DNA from: a virus
IMG/VR virus record: IMGVR_UViG_3300044712_002679
Coordinates: 52,406-116,405 of that record
Length of the DNA stretch: 64,000 nucleotides
Strand: one strand, 5' to 3'
The first letter of the stretch is position 1. The number at the start of each line of letters is the position of its first letter. Below the pieces are notes generated by a model. That model did not search any database. It had not been told where the DNA came from and saw nothing but the letters and a program-made list of their open reading frames with translations. A program made the position numbers and the translations under genes. Below are positions 48,862-58,049 of the stretch, in pieces.

Positions 48862-49281
48862 TTAATTTACCAAACTTTTATAGAAATTACCTTTTTCTTT
48901 TTTGTATTCCATTAAAAGTTTTTCAGATTCAGCTTGTGCTTTTAACCAAGCTTTTCTTGTATTTTGAATTGCTTCTTCTTTAGCTGAAACTTTAATACGT
49001 ATTCTACCAATACAAAAATTTTGGGTTAAAATACCAAAGAATGTATTAATTCTTCTTAATGTTGGTTTGTTACTAATCCAAAAACAATATTTTTGGATTT
49101 TTTTCATTTGATTCTTTGATATGTTTTTATCAAATTTATCAATATTCCGGATTTTACCCGACACTTGAAATTTGTTATTTTTAACTACGTTTTCAATTAT
49201 ATCAATTGTATTATTGATCACGTTCTTTAATTCACTCTTGTTGTATGTGTAATTTACACCATTTTCTACTATTGCTTCCAT
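48862..49281 (-). CDS. hypothetical protein
   Basis: 139-aa ORF. Confidence 0.4.
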   Translation of the reverse strand: MEAIVENGVNYTYNKSELKNVINNTIDIIENVVKNNKFQVSGKIRNIDKFDKNISKNQMKKIQKYCFWISNKPTLRRINTFFGILTQNFCIGRIRIKVSAKEEAIQNTRKAWLKAQAESEKLLMEYKKEKGNFYKSLVN

Positions 49282-49394
49282 AATTTTATTTATTTATTTT
49301 TTTTATTTATAATATTTGTTGTTTTATGATATTCCAATTATGGAAACTATTAAGGTGGTTTAATCTAGAACATAACTTCCTCCTTTCTTTTTTT

Positions 49395-49643
49395 TTATAA
49401 TTCAGTTTCAATTATTTTATAAAATTTATATTTTTCTAACCAACCCCAACCCAATTCTTCATGACCCCAATTTATCCAATAAGAATTTGAATAATTTGAA
49501 TTGTTTTGTAATTTATAAACCATATCTAAATGATGCATATATTTTTTCGCATCATCAAAATTATCAAAAATCTTATCATAATTATTGTTGTGTTCATAAT
49601 CATAAAATCGGATTTTTATTACATATTTTTCTTTACTAGACAT
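49395..49643 (-). CDS. hypothetical small protein
   Basis: 82 aa; overlaps the PTH2 stop. Confidence 0.4.
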   Translation of the reverse strand: MSSKEKYVIKIRFYDYEHNNNYDKIFDNFDDAKKYMHHLDMVYKLQNNSNYSNSYWINWGHEELGWGWLEKYKFYKIIETEL

Positions 49644-50025
49644 AGCAATTTTCCTTTCTTACATAAGAATTTTTATCAATTTTATCAATAGATTTATATT
49701 CCTTTAACATTAAAGGATATGATGATAATAATCGTCTAGATTGATCAGATGGTTCAATAGCAATAGCTGTTATTTGATCATCGAGATCAGGTTCTCTGAA
49801 GATAGAATACTTAATATTGTTTTTTTGTAATTTTTCGATGAGATTTTTGAGATCATCTTCATCTGCACACGATAATTGTGCTAAATATGGTTCTTTTATC
49901 CATAATTTTGCAATTTCTGGATGTTCAAAGACAAATTGAATAGCAGCATGGGATGCCATTACAGCTTGATATCCTGCGGTTGTATCACGTCTTGATACTG
50001 TTGATAATTTGTAAATCTAAGTCAT
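49636..50025 (-). CDS. pth2: peptidyl-tRNA hydrolase PTH2 family; in-frame TAG at codon 3 (50017-50019)
   Basis: ...RRDTTAGYQAVMASHAAIQ aligns with the PTH2 ...R.D.KMGKGKIAAQCSHAA core. W, an acidic DEDDL block, and TAIAIEP (PTH2 TVLGIGP) follow at the right spacing. The N-terminal strand IYKLSTVSRRD is only encoded upstream of the listed Met and downstream of ATG-ACT-TAG, which has a good SD (AAAGGA, 6-nt spacer). Confidence 0.6.
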
Positions 50026-50195
50026 AATATTTTTCCTTTTTACTTATATATAAAATTTTTTAATTTGTTTTTGTAAATGTATGTATATTTTTTAAATATA
50101 CAAATTATTATTCATATTATTTATATTTTTAACATAATAACATAATTTGACTTTTTATTTTATATATAAAAATTTTACTTTTTGTTTTATTTTTC

Positions 50196-50561
50196 TTATA
50201 ATATTTCACCCAAAACAGCACCATCCTTTTTCCGAATCAATAGTGGAACGTTGCTACCACTTAATTCAATATTAACATTTCCTTTTTTTATTTCGGATAT
50301 GATTTGATTGTTGGTATATCTTTGATTACCTGCTTCATCATTACTGATATGAATAGTCAAGATCATCTTTGGTTTATTTCTAAGGTCTTTACGATTAGGA
50401 TTGTACATATGCTTAGTGACATCATCTAGCCAACCATTTTCTTTTGCTTTACGATACGCTGTGGCATCACGAACACTAAATTCTGTTCGAGTTACATATT
50501 TTTTTGCGATTATTTCACAAGCATCTTTAGTCCAAGTAAATCCTGTTCTTCTTTCCTTCAT
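50196..50561 (-). CDS. hypothetical protein
   Basis: 121-aa ORF at the distal end of the 50-60 kb operon. Confidence 0.4.
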   Translation of the reverse strand: MKERRTGFTWTKDACEIIAKKYVTRTEFSVRDATAYRKAKENGWLDDVTKHMYNPNRKDLRNKPKMILTIHISNDEAGNQRYTNNQIISEIKKGNVNIELSGSNVPLLIRKKDGAVLGEIL

Positions 50562-50605
50562 AATATAATTTTTTATACAAATATATAATATTTTTTTATT
50601 AAATC

Positions 50606-51004
50606 TTACTGAACACTTAAAGTCAACTCAATATCTTCTGTTTCAAAATAAAGATTTTGTAATCTGTGGACATATTTCGGTTGGACTTTTATTTGTTTTC
50701 CGTTTATCCACCAACCATGATTTGTATTATAGACAAATTGTCCTTTAGTATAAACCCTAAATTCATTTTGATTTCCCTGAATAGTTTCACACGAAAAGCC
50801 AAATTTAGGGAGCCAATCTTCTGTCAACAATATTGGTTCTATACAATCTTCTGTTAGTGTACATTCACCTAGCGCATACCAATCAGATTCATTCCATTGG
50901 AAATTGTCATCAAAGTTTGAAATAACACCATCATTATTTCTATAAGACCAAATTGATACATTGTGATGTACCCAATTACCTATTTTTAATTGTTTTACAT
51001 TCAT
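50606..51004 (-). CDS. hypothetical protein (operon partner of the ATP-grasp gene)
   Basis: 132-aa ORF, 27 nt downstream of 51032..52177. Confidence 0.4.
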   Translation of the reverse strand: MNVKQLKIGNWVHHNVSIWSYRNNDGVISNFDDNFQWNESDWYALGECTLTEDCIEPILLTEDWLPKFGFSCETIQGNQNEFRVYTKGQFVYNTNHGWWINGKQIKVQPKYVHRLQNLYFETEDIELTLSVQ

Positions 51005-51031
51005 GTTTGATAAAATAAAACTTCTGATCCT

Positions 51032-52177
51032 TTAATTTATTTGTTTTAAATTTAAATCATTAACATCATTTGTAATAATATGTGGCATAAAATAAGACAT
51101 ATTATTAGTAATTTTACAATCTGTTTCACGAATACCAATTCCACAAGATTCCCCACCAATCACCCAAGAACCAATAATAGGATATTTTCCATCTTGTGGT
51201 TCAATTTCGACAAGTTCCTGGTAAATGAATCCTTCTTCACCATATTCACCACAAGTTTCACAATCCAACACACCATTTTTATATAATGATACATTGGCAC
51301 CTTCACGGGAATATATTGGTTTTTTACAATAATTACCCGATATCAGTGGATTTGTGTCCGCATTTAGAATATATGGTGAAGTAGGAAACAATTTTGATAA
51401 TACTACAAGCATATACTTATTACTCATAATAGCTTTCCACAACGGTTCAATGAAAGTCGTTTCACAATTTGGTATAGATTTACCAAATTCTTCATTAAAC
51501 ATCCATTCATATGGATATAATTTGAATAAAAAGTCAATATGTTGATCAGATTTATTATAAAACAAATCATCTTGACAATCAATATCTTCAATATCAAATA
51601 TTGATGTATTTAATCCCGCTTCAGCAGCAGTTGATAAAATATATGATGTTGTTGTATAATCTTCTAAATTATCACAAATACAACAAAAATCTACACGTTC
51701 ACTTTCATAATCTTTTTGAATATCAATCCAACTTTGTATCAATGCTTCGTGAAGACTATTAAATTGATCATTTTTGGGAAATAAATCTTCTTTCCATTCC
51801 CATTGAACTACACTTGCTTCAAATAATGATGTTGGTGTATCTGCATTAAATTCAAGTAATTTAATTTTACCATTTACAAAAGCAAAATCAAACCTACCAT
51901 ATAAACTTAATTCATCGTTTTCCCAACTATCAATCAATGTCGGAACAATATATCTTGGGATATGTAATTCATCCCAAAGATCGTTCTTTATGACATATTC
52001 AACAGCATCAATATACATTTGATAACATGCATTTGTTGCCGTTTCGATTTCAGTTATTTGTTTTTTAGAAAATTCATAATATGCATTTTCCAACCAATAA
52101 TTAGCATCAAAATAAAAACCTAAATCTTGAATTTTTTCTTTGTAATTAATTCTTGGTGCAATTGTAATTCTTTTCAT
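51032..52177 (-). CDS. glutathionylspermidine synthase-like (GspS/YgiC/YjfC family) ATP-grasp amidoligase
   Basis: Family hallmark RFDFAFVNGKIKLLEFNADTPTSLFEASVVQWEW (the E(Y/F)NADTP block) plus overall ~380-aa length. Confidence 0.7.
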   Translation of the reverse strand: MKRITIAPRINYKEKIQDLGFYFDANYWLENAYYEFSKKQITEIETATNACYQMYIDAVEYVIKNDLWDELHIPRYIVPTLIDSWENDELSLYGRFDFAFVNGKIKLLEFNADTPTSLFEASVVQWEWKEDLFPKNDQFNSLHEALIQSWIDIQKDYESERVDFCCICDNLEDYTTTSYILSTAAEAGLNTSIFDIEDIDCQDDLFYNKSDQHIDFLFKLYPYEWMFNEEFGKSIPNCETTFIEPLWKAIMSNKYMLVVLSKLFPTSPYILNADTNPLISGNYCKKPIYSREGANVSLYKNGVLDCETCGEYGEEGFIYQELVEIEPQDGKYPIIGSWVIGGESCGIGIRETDCKITNNMSYFMPHIITNDVNDLNLKQIN

Positions 52178-52204
52178 TTGTTGTTTTAATTTTTAAGATT
52201 AATA

Positions 52205-52585
52205 TTAAGAAGCAGACGATGATGAATGTCCACTAGTTCCAAAACCTTTTGATGATTTTGCACCTGTGCTAGATTTTGCACCATTTGCACCACTTCTAGT
52301 AAACTTAGATGTTCTAGGGATTGATGATGGGCGACTTACTACAGCACCACTAGGACTTCTATATTCACCACTCGATGGATAATAACACACTGTTGTGCGT
52401 TGACCATTCATCATTGAATAAATCATCCAATAACCCATAGCACTATTCCATGTGCTAGTATTACCACGATTATCAATGTAGGTTTGACCATCAGTTGGGG
52501 ATTCAGGATATTCGTTCTTTTTTTCACAAGATGACAATAAACTTAATGCTAATATTGCCAAAAAAATTGGATTTGATTTTTTCAT
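52205..52585 (-). CDS. lipoprotein (Ser/Gly-rich)
   Basis: MKKSNPIFLAILALSLLSSC lipobox followed by a low-complexity S/G/T-rich mature region. Confidence 0.55.
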   Translation of the reverse strand: MKKSNPIFLAILALSLLSSCEKKNEYPESPTDGQTYIDNRGNTSTWNSAMGYWMIYSMMNGQRTTVCYYPSSGEYRSPSGAVVSRPSSIPRTSKFTRSGANGAKSSTGAKSSKGFGTSGHSSSSAS

Positions 52586-52664
52586 AAATCTTAAACTTTT
52601 TAATTTTTAATTTATTTTTAAAGATTCAAATATATAAAACTTTTTAATATTTTCAAAATTATTT

Positions 52665-54347
52665 TTATTTTTTATTGATAAAATATACAGAATCATGATT
52701 AACCACAATTATACCACCATTGGTACAATGTATTACTGAATTTTCAAATATTTCAGTACTTTGATAACTTACCAATTCTTGCATATTAGAAGAATTAATT
52801 AATGTTAATTTATCATCTTCTGGCATAACCAAAATGTTATCATTTAAATAATCAAACATTCGTAATGATGTATAAGTTGAATCAAATATTTCAACTTGCA
52901 AATTTTTGATAAAAAACATTTTATAACAAACGCTTTCGTTTTCAATAACCTCAATTATACCAAATTGTCCACTTTGATGTAAATTCTTTATTTTATATTT
53001 TAAAAATGCTGAATTTAATCCATTTTTTTCATAAAATAAAACGGTATTACCTGATACATTTTGATATAAACTATATAAGCTATTAAATCTGCCACCAAAA
53101 ACTTCAGTTGTATCATATGATATTTTATCACCAAATTTATTGTTAAGATCAAATTTATACATAGTATCATTTGTGACAATAACTAAAATATTGTTGTATA
53201 AATCGGATTTTAAATTATTGGTATTAAATTTCATAATCACTTTATCATTCAATACATCAATCAAATTATTATCGACAATTGAATAAACATCGTTATTATA
53301 AACAAATAATTTGTTTTTAGTATTTATATTTTCTTTAATCAATATTAACTTAAATGTACCCTTTAATGAAACATCATAAACCAATAATTGATTTTTATCA
53401 TTCAACAAAACTAATCTATCTTTACTAGAATAACTATTAATAATATTTCCAGTATATTTGGCAATTAATGTGTGTATCACGAGTTCATTTGTTTTAATTA
53501 CTGTTGGTATAACTACTTTTTGTGTTTTTACTACAGGTTGTTGTACTTTACTATTCAAATCAATAATAAATCGTTCACCATTATTAAATATTCTTTCAAA
53601 TTGAATTAATATATTTGGATTTGAAATCGGTTCATAACATTTTGGTACAATAACATCAGAACTATTCAGTATAGATTTTTTATTGAACATTCTATCTGAA
53701 ATTTTAGGCATAGTTTTACAAACACCTTTAAATGGATGTGTGTATGTTAACCCATTAAACGCCAATACACCAAGTGCAAAATAATCACTTTTTATAGTAA
53801 CATTTCCACCATATAAATAATCTCTAATATCATCTAACAATATTCCGGAATGCTTAATTGATGGGGTTTCATAGGAATCAACATCCAAAAAATATATCAT
53901 ACCCCTATCATTTACTAAAATATTGTATGGATTGAGATCACCAATTACAATATTTTTGGAATGTGCAAATTTTACAGCATCAATAAGTCTTTCAATTATT
54001 AATTCTTTAATTTTATCTGTAATACCTTCACGAATACAAAAATTTTTATTGAAAACAGACAACAATGGATAAAAATTTGATGGAACTTTTCGCATAATAA
54101 ACCCAATGACCTTTTTTCTATCATCAAATAATAATTCATCAGGTTTAATAAAAATATTATTTTTTAATTCAGATAATTCATTAAATTTGGTTTCGGCAAT
54201 TGGTTTAATATTGGGTAAATATATTTTTGCAACCTTATCAGTCGAAATATCTATTATCTTACCTTCACCACCCCTAGCAATTTCATTACTTTCGTTGATA
54301 TTGTATAATAAATCACCTTTTTTGTTATATGCTTTCAACATAATCAA
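52665..54347 (-). CDS. Ser/Thr protein kinase-like domain protein with large C-terminal extension
   Basis: Gly-rich loop ARGGEGKI, VAKIY lysine, catalytic-loop analogue HSKNIVIGDLNPYNILV, and DFG analogue FLDVDSYE within the first ~200 aa; 560 aa total. Confidence 0.6.
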   Translation of the reverse strand: MIMLKAYNKKGDLLYNINESNEIARGGEGKIIDISTDKVAKIYLPNIKPIAETKFNELSELKNNIFIKPDELLFDDRKKVIGFIMRKVPSNFYPLLSVFNKNFCIREGITDKIKELIIERLIDAVKFAHSKNIVIGDLNPYNILVNDRGMIYFLDVDSYETPSIKHSGILLDDIRDYLYGGNVTIKSDYFALGVLAFNGLTYTHPFKGVCKTMPKISDRMFNKKSILNSSDVIVPKCYEPISNPNILIQFERIFNNGERFIIDLNSKVQQPVVKTQKVVIPTVIKTNELVIHTLIAKYTGNIINSYSSKDRLVLLNDKNQLLVYDVSLKGTFKLILIKENINTKNKLFVYNNDVYSIVDNNLIDVLNDKVIMKFNTNNLKSDLYNNILVIVTNDTMYKFDLNNKFGDKISYDTTEVFGGRFNSLYSLYQNVSGNTVLFYEKNGLNSAFLKYKIKNLHQSGQFGIIEVIENESVCYKMFFIKNLQVEIFDSTYTSLRMFDYLNDNILVMPEDDKLTLINSSNMQELVSYQSTEIFENSVIHCTNGGIIVVNHDSVYFINKK

Positions 54348-54931
54348 TTAATTTTTACTAAGTTATAAATTTCAGTAAGTCTATTTTGATATTCCATTTC
54401 AATATCTTCACCTTTAAATGGGTGATTTCTGAACCCAGAACTTGTAATAGCTTCACCTGGTTCTGGACTAAGTATATGATTTATTTCATGTGATTCATAG
54501 GTTATCATATCAAGGGGTTCATCATAAAAATGTGAATTTATTGATAATTCAGCACATTTAAAACTATAACCATCTAAAGATATAATTTTCAAAATACTCA
54601 ATAATTTACCATCTCTTGTAATACGTTTAATGAAATATTTGGATATTATTGGATTAAATTCATCACATAATTGTTCATAAGAAATTTCATTCAAAACATC
54701 TAGTGGTTTTATATCAGATAAAATTACAATTGATAATTCACCTAATCTATAATCCCTCGTTGATAAAGAATTCAATTTACTAACTAATTTTTTATTATAT
54801 GGAAATATACACATCCATATTTGTTGATTTTCGTTTAGTTCATAAATCTTACAAAACTTTAAATCACTTGGAACATTTAAAATAAATTCTTCTGTTCCTG
54901 AATAATGGCGACGTTGAATTTTATATTTCAT
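54344..54931 (-). CDS. hypothetical protein with HExxH motif (possible zinc metallopeptidase)
   Basis: SHEINHIL near the C-terminus; no other recognisable features. Confidence 0.3.
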   Translation of the reverse strand: MKYKIQRRHYSGTEEFILNVPSDLKFCKIYELNENQQIWMCIFPYNKKLVSKLNSLSTRDYRLGELSIVILSDIKPLDVLNEISYEQLCDEFNPIISKYFIKRITRDGKLLSILKIISLDGYSFKCAELSINSHFYDEPLDMITYESHEINHILSPEPGEAITSSGFRNHPFKGEDIEMEYQNRLTEIYNLVKIN

Positions 54932-54934
54932 AAT

Positions 54935-55315
54935 TTATTTATAAAAGCTATCAACAATATTTTTAAATTCTATTGGAATTTCAATATCAACAATATTACA
55001 ATCATCCAATACATTAACATCACAAGTTCTACCTATACATAAATCATCTCCACCAAATAAATGTTTCCAAAATCCCATCAAACCAATAGATGACCCTCCA
55101 TCACTATGTTTAGTAAGCATTATTGGTGCAAAACTACCACCTTCTCTTGGTGCTTTCTTAATTAAATTAACCGCATCTTGAGTTATATCAACTTCTTTTG
55201 TGTCAATAACACAACCTAGTTGACCCGAACTTTTTGGATTATTGATAAATGTTCCATTATCTAAATCAGTTTCAGCACCTATAACCCCCTTGTAAGCAAA
55301 AATTTTTGTTTTCAT
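54935..55315 (-). CDS. hypothetical protein
   Basis: 126-aa ORF in the operon. Confidence 0.4.
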   Translation of the reverse strand: MKTKIFAYKGVIGAETDLDNGTFINNPKSSGQLGCVIDTKEVDITQDAVNLIKKAPREGGSFAPIMLTKHSDGGSSIGLMGFWKHLFGGDDLCIGRTCDVNVLDDCNIVDIEIPIEFKNIVDSFYK

Positions 55316-55349
55316 ATCGTTTTTGATTTAGTTCAAAAATATATTTTTA

Positions 55350-55793
55350 TTAACCAATATCATTTATTTTTCTTTTAAATACACAATGAGTATTATTTAA
55401 ACTTATAAAGTCATATCCAAAAACATAATAATCATTTATCATTTTTTCAAGATTAATTTGATCATCAATTAATACTACCTTATAAATATCAAAATTTAAA
55501 TTTAAATCATTTATTACGTGCATCATTGTAGTTTCGCACACAAATTCTTTATCTCCACAACCAATATGAACAAAATCTTTTAATTCAGATGATAAATAAT
55601 ACCCATTAATTTTAACTGGATTAACACCACCACCACCATCTAAATTATTAATAATTATATATTTCCATTCATTATAAATATAAATTTGTAAATAATAACG
55701 TTCTTCATCATTATCAAATGTTATTATTCTTACTCGAAATTTATCATTCAAATATCCATAAATATTAGATTTAATTTTTTTCATATTTTTCAT
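55350..55793 (-). CDS. hypothetical protein
   Basis: 147-aa ORF in the operon. Confidence 0.4.
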   Translation of the reverse strand: MKNMKKIKSNIYGYLNDKFRVRIITFDNDEERYYLQIYIYNEWKYIIINNLDGGGGVNPVKINGYYLSSELKDFVHIGCGDKEFVCETTMMHVINDLNLNFDIYKVVLIDDQINLEKMINDYYVFGYDFISLNNTHCVFKRKINDIG

Positions 55794-55801
55794 ATTGATT
55801 T

Positions 55802-56524
55802 TTAATAAATAAATCTAACAACTGATAAATCATCAAAATTTGAATATCCATTTTTTGGTTGTGTCAAAATATTATATTTTCTAGCCAACATAACTTCACT
55901 ATCAATTAATTTTTTATCATATAATAAATCTTCTATAACATTTGAATATGTTTTAGATGAATCGGAATTTCTGAATGAATAAATACCATCTGAACAAATA
56001 GATAATCCATTTTGTATATTATCAAATTTGAATTTTTTAATGTTTTTTTCATACACATCAAAAACTTTTTCATTTAAATGGTATGCTAAATAATCTGGTG
56101 CATTTTCAAATGATTCTAGTTTTATTTCTTTATCATCAACCACAATACAACCATCACCAGAAACTATGATATAAGCTTGATTTTCTTTAAAAAAGACAAT
56201 AATAAAAGTTGATAATATTTCTAAGTCTTTTAAACTTAATGTGTGTTTGATTTTCTTTAATTTATTAAAAAACTTAACAAATGTTTGTTTAGCAATATCT
56301 TCTAATGAATGATCCCCATCATCAAACATTTGATATGTTTTTGTATTTAAAACCCTATTTAAGATTTTAGAATATAAATTAGATGCAAAATGACTTTTTG
56401 TTCCAGTTGAACAACCATCAAAAACTGCACCAACATAATATGGTTCGGCAATAGAAAAAAACAGATCATCCTCGCAATTAACGGGATGATCTGTTCCTTT
56501 TTTTAATACTGTCCTAATTAACAT
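55802..56524 (-). CDS. PP2C-family Ser/Thr phosphatase
   Basis: VGAVFDGCSTG (PP2C motif hhGhFDGHGG with a Cys variant), then SGDGCIV and SDG acidic motifs at the expected spacing; 240 aa. Confidence 0.65.
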   Translation of the reverse strand: MLIRTVLKKGTDHPVNCEDDLFFSIAEPYYVGAVFDGCSTGTKSHFASNLYSKILNRVLNTKTYQMFDDGDHSLEDIAKQTFVKFFNKLKKIKHTLSLKDLEILSTFIIVFFKENQAYIIVSGDGCIVVDDKEIKLESFENAPDYLAYHLNEKVFDVYEKNIKKFKFDNIQNGLSICSDGIYSFRNSDSSKTYSNVIEDLLYDKKLIDSEVMLARKYNILTQPKNGYSNFDDLSVVRFIY

Positions 56525-56526
56525 AG

Positions 56527-57210
56527 TTAGAATGTTACAACGGGATTATTTCCACTTGCACTCTTTGATATCGAGCTAGAAATAAACGAAATCATCTTTT
56601 TTATTTCTTTTCCAGTATCACCAACTTTTGCTAAGTGTTCAATACCCATTTCAAGTTGTGCATTTTCAAAATGTGCCTGAGTTCCAACACCAAATAATAT
56701 GGTAGTAAAACTAAAAGCATTTGCTTCATTATCTTTAATTGTTTCTAATGAAGATTTAACTTTTTGGGCAGCATTATTTGCACTTGAATTGTCTTCACCA
56801 TCGGTAATAACAAATACTAATGTTTTAACATTAATGCCCGAACTTTCGAGATTTTCCCTATATTCTACTGCATTTTTAATACCAGACATAACAGCATCAT
56901 ATAATGCTGTACCACGACCTTGTGGAACAAATGTTGTTACAGGTACACCAATAATAGGCTGAAATCCACTACGTACCCTTACATCTTCATCAAACTCAAC
57001 AATAGAAACAAATAATCTGTCGTGTACGTGTGATGCTTGCATTGTTTGAACAAAATCGTTGAATGCATTGTTTAAATCATCAATATAACGACCAACACTT
57101 GGTGATACATCCACTACAAAAACACAGTTTATTGTTTCTTCCACCTGGATTTTATCAGGATCAAAATTATTAAAAGTCAACCCCAAATCAAAATTATCAA
57201 ATTCACTCAT
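56527..57210 (-). CDS. von Willebrand factor A (vWA) domain protein, TerY-like
   Basis: MIDAS DxSxS as FVVDVSPSV, then LYDAV(T) and LVFVITDGEDN motifs; 227 aa. Confidence 0.75.
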   Translation of the reverse strand: MSEFDNFDLGLTFNNFDPDKIQVEETINCVFVVDVSPSVGRYIDDLNNAFNDFVQTMQASHVHDRLFVSIVEFDEDVRVRSGFQPIIGVPVTTFVPQGRGTALYDAVMSGIKNAVEYRENLESSGINVKTLVFVITDGEDNSSANNAAQKVKSSLETIKDNEANAFSFTTILFGVGTQAHFENAQLEMGIEHLAKVGDTGKEIKKMISFISSSISKSASGNNPVVTF

Positions 57211-57215
57211 ATTTA

Positions 57216-58004
57216 TTATAGATTAATGTTAGTTGATGTTTCAAATCTGATACCGAGTTTTTTTGCATCATCATAGATTTTATCTGCGATGTGTTCAAAT
57301 CCTGTCACATTAGACATACAATCGGTCAAAATGATGAATTTTTTTGCCAATTCTGGTGTGTATTCCATTGCTTGTTTTAGTGTGTTAGCAACACAGTGAG
57401 ACATTGCTTCACCCGCAAAATAAATTTCATCAAATTGTTCCAATTTTTTAAGCAATCCTTGATTTAATTGTGTTTCAGGTTTACCTTCAACTGGCACGTT
57501 TGCACGAAAAGCCCCAAAATGTTCAGTCATAGGATAAGTACCCTTAGTAACAACTTGATAAAAATTCTTATTTGCACGACACCATTGTTTAATAGGCAAC
57601 ATAATGGAATCTACAAAACTTGCACCCATTGTTCCAATAATACAATGTTCAGGCCAAATACAATGTGGAAATTCACCTTGTTTTTCAAGTTCTTCAACAT
57701 ATTTGATCGCTTCGTTTGGTGCAAATCTTGGACTCCAAGTTCCAGATAGCACATCAGATACAGATATAATAGTGAATGGGTTTGGATAATTTCCATCCTT
57801 ATCCATCCAAAAACTTGGATGACTAATATCATTCACCTGATGTGAATCCATTGTCAATCCGATAAAATCAATTTGTTTCTCATTCTTGCGAATAAACTCA
57901 CCCACACGTACCATATCTGCATCTGCACCTTGTACAAACAGTGATCCTTGTGGATTACAAAAATCAAATTGACCATCAATAATTAATAATGCAATTTTCT
58001 TCAT
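57216..58004 (-). CDS. isochorismatase-family cysteine hydrolase (nicotinamidase/PncA-like)
   Basis: ALLIIDGQFDFC (catalytic Asp region) and FAGEAMSHCVANT (GxxxxxCV nucleophile motif); 262 aa. Confidence 0.7.
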   Translation of the reverse strand: MKKIALLIIDGQFDFCNPQGSLFVQGADADMVRVGEFIRKNEKQIDFIGLTMDSHQVNDISHPSFWMDKDGNYPNPFTIISVSDVLSGTWSPRFAPNEAIKYVEELEKQGEFPHCIWPEHCIIGTMGASFVDSIMLPIKQWCRANKNFYQVVTKGTYPMTEHFGAFRANVPVEGKPETQLNQGLLKKLEQFDEIYFAGEAMSHCVANTLKQAMEYTPELAKKFIILTDCMSNVTGFEHIADKIYDDAKKLGIRFETSTNINL

Positions 58005-58049
58005 TTTGTTATTTTTTTGTTATTAATTTATGAATAAAAGCCTGTTTCA

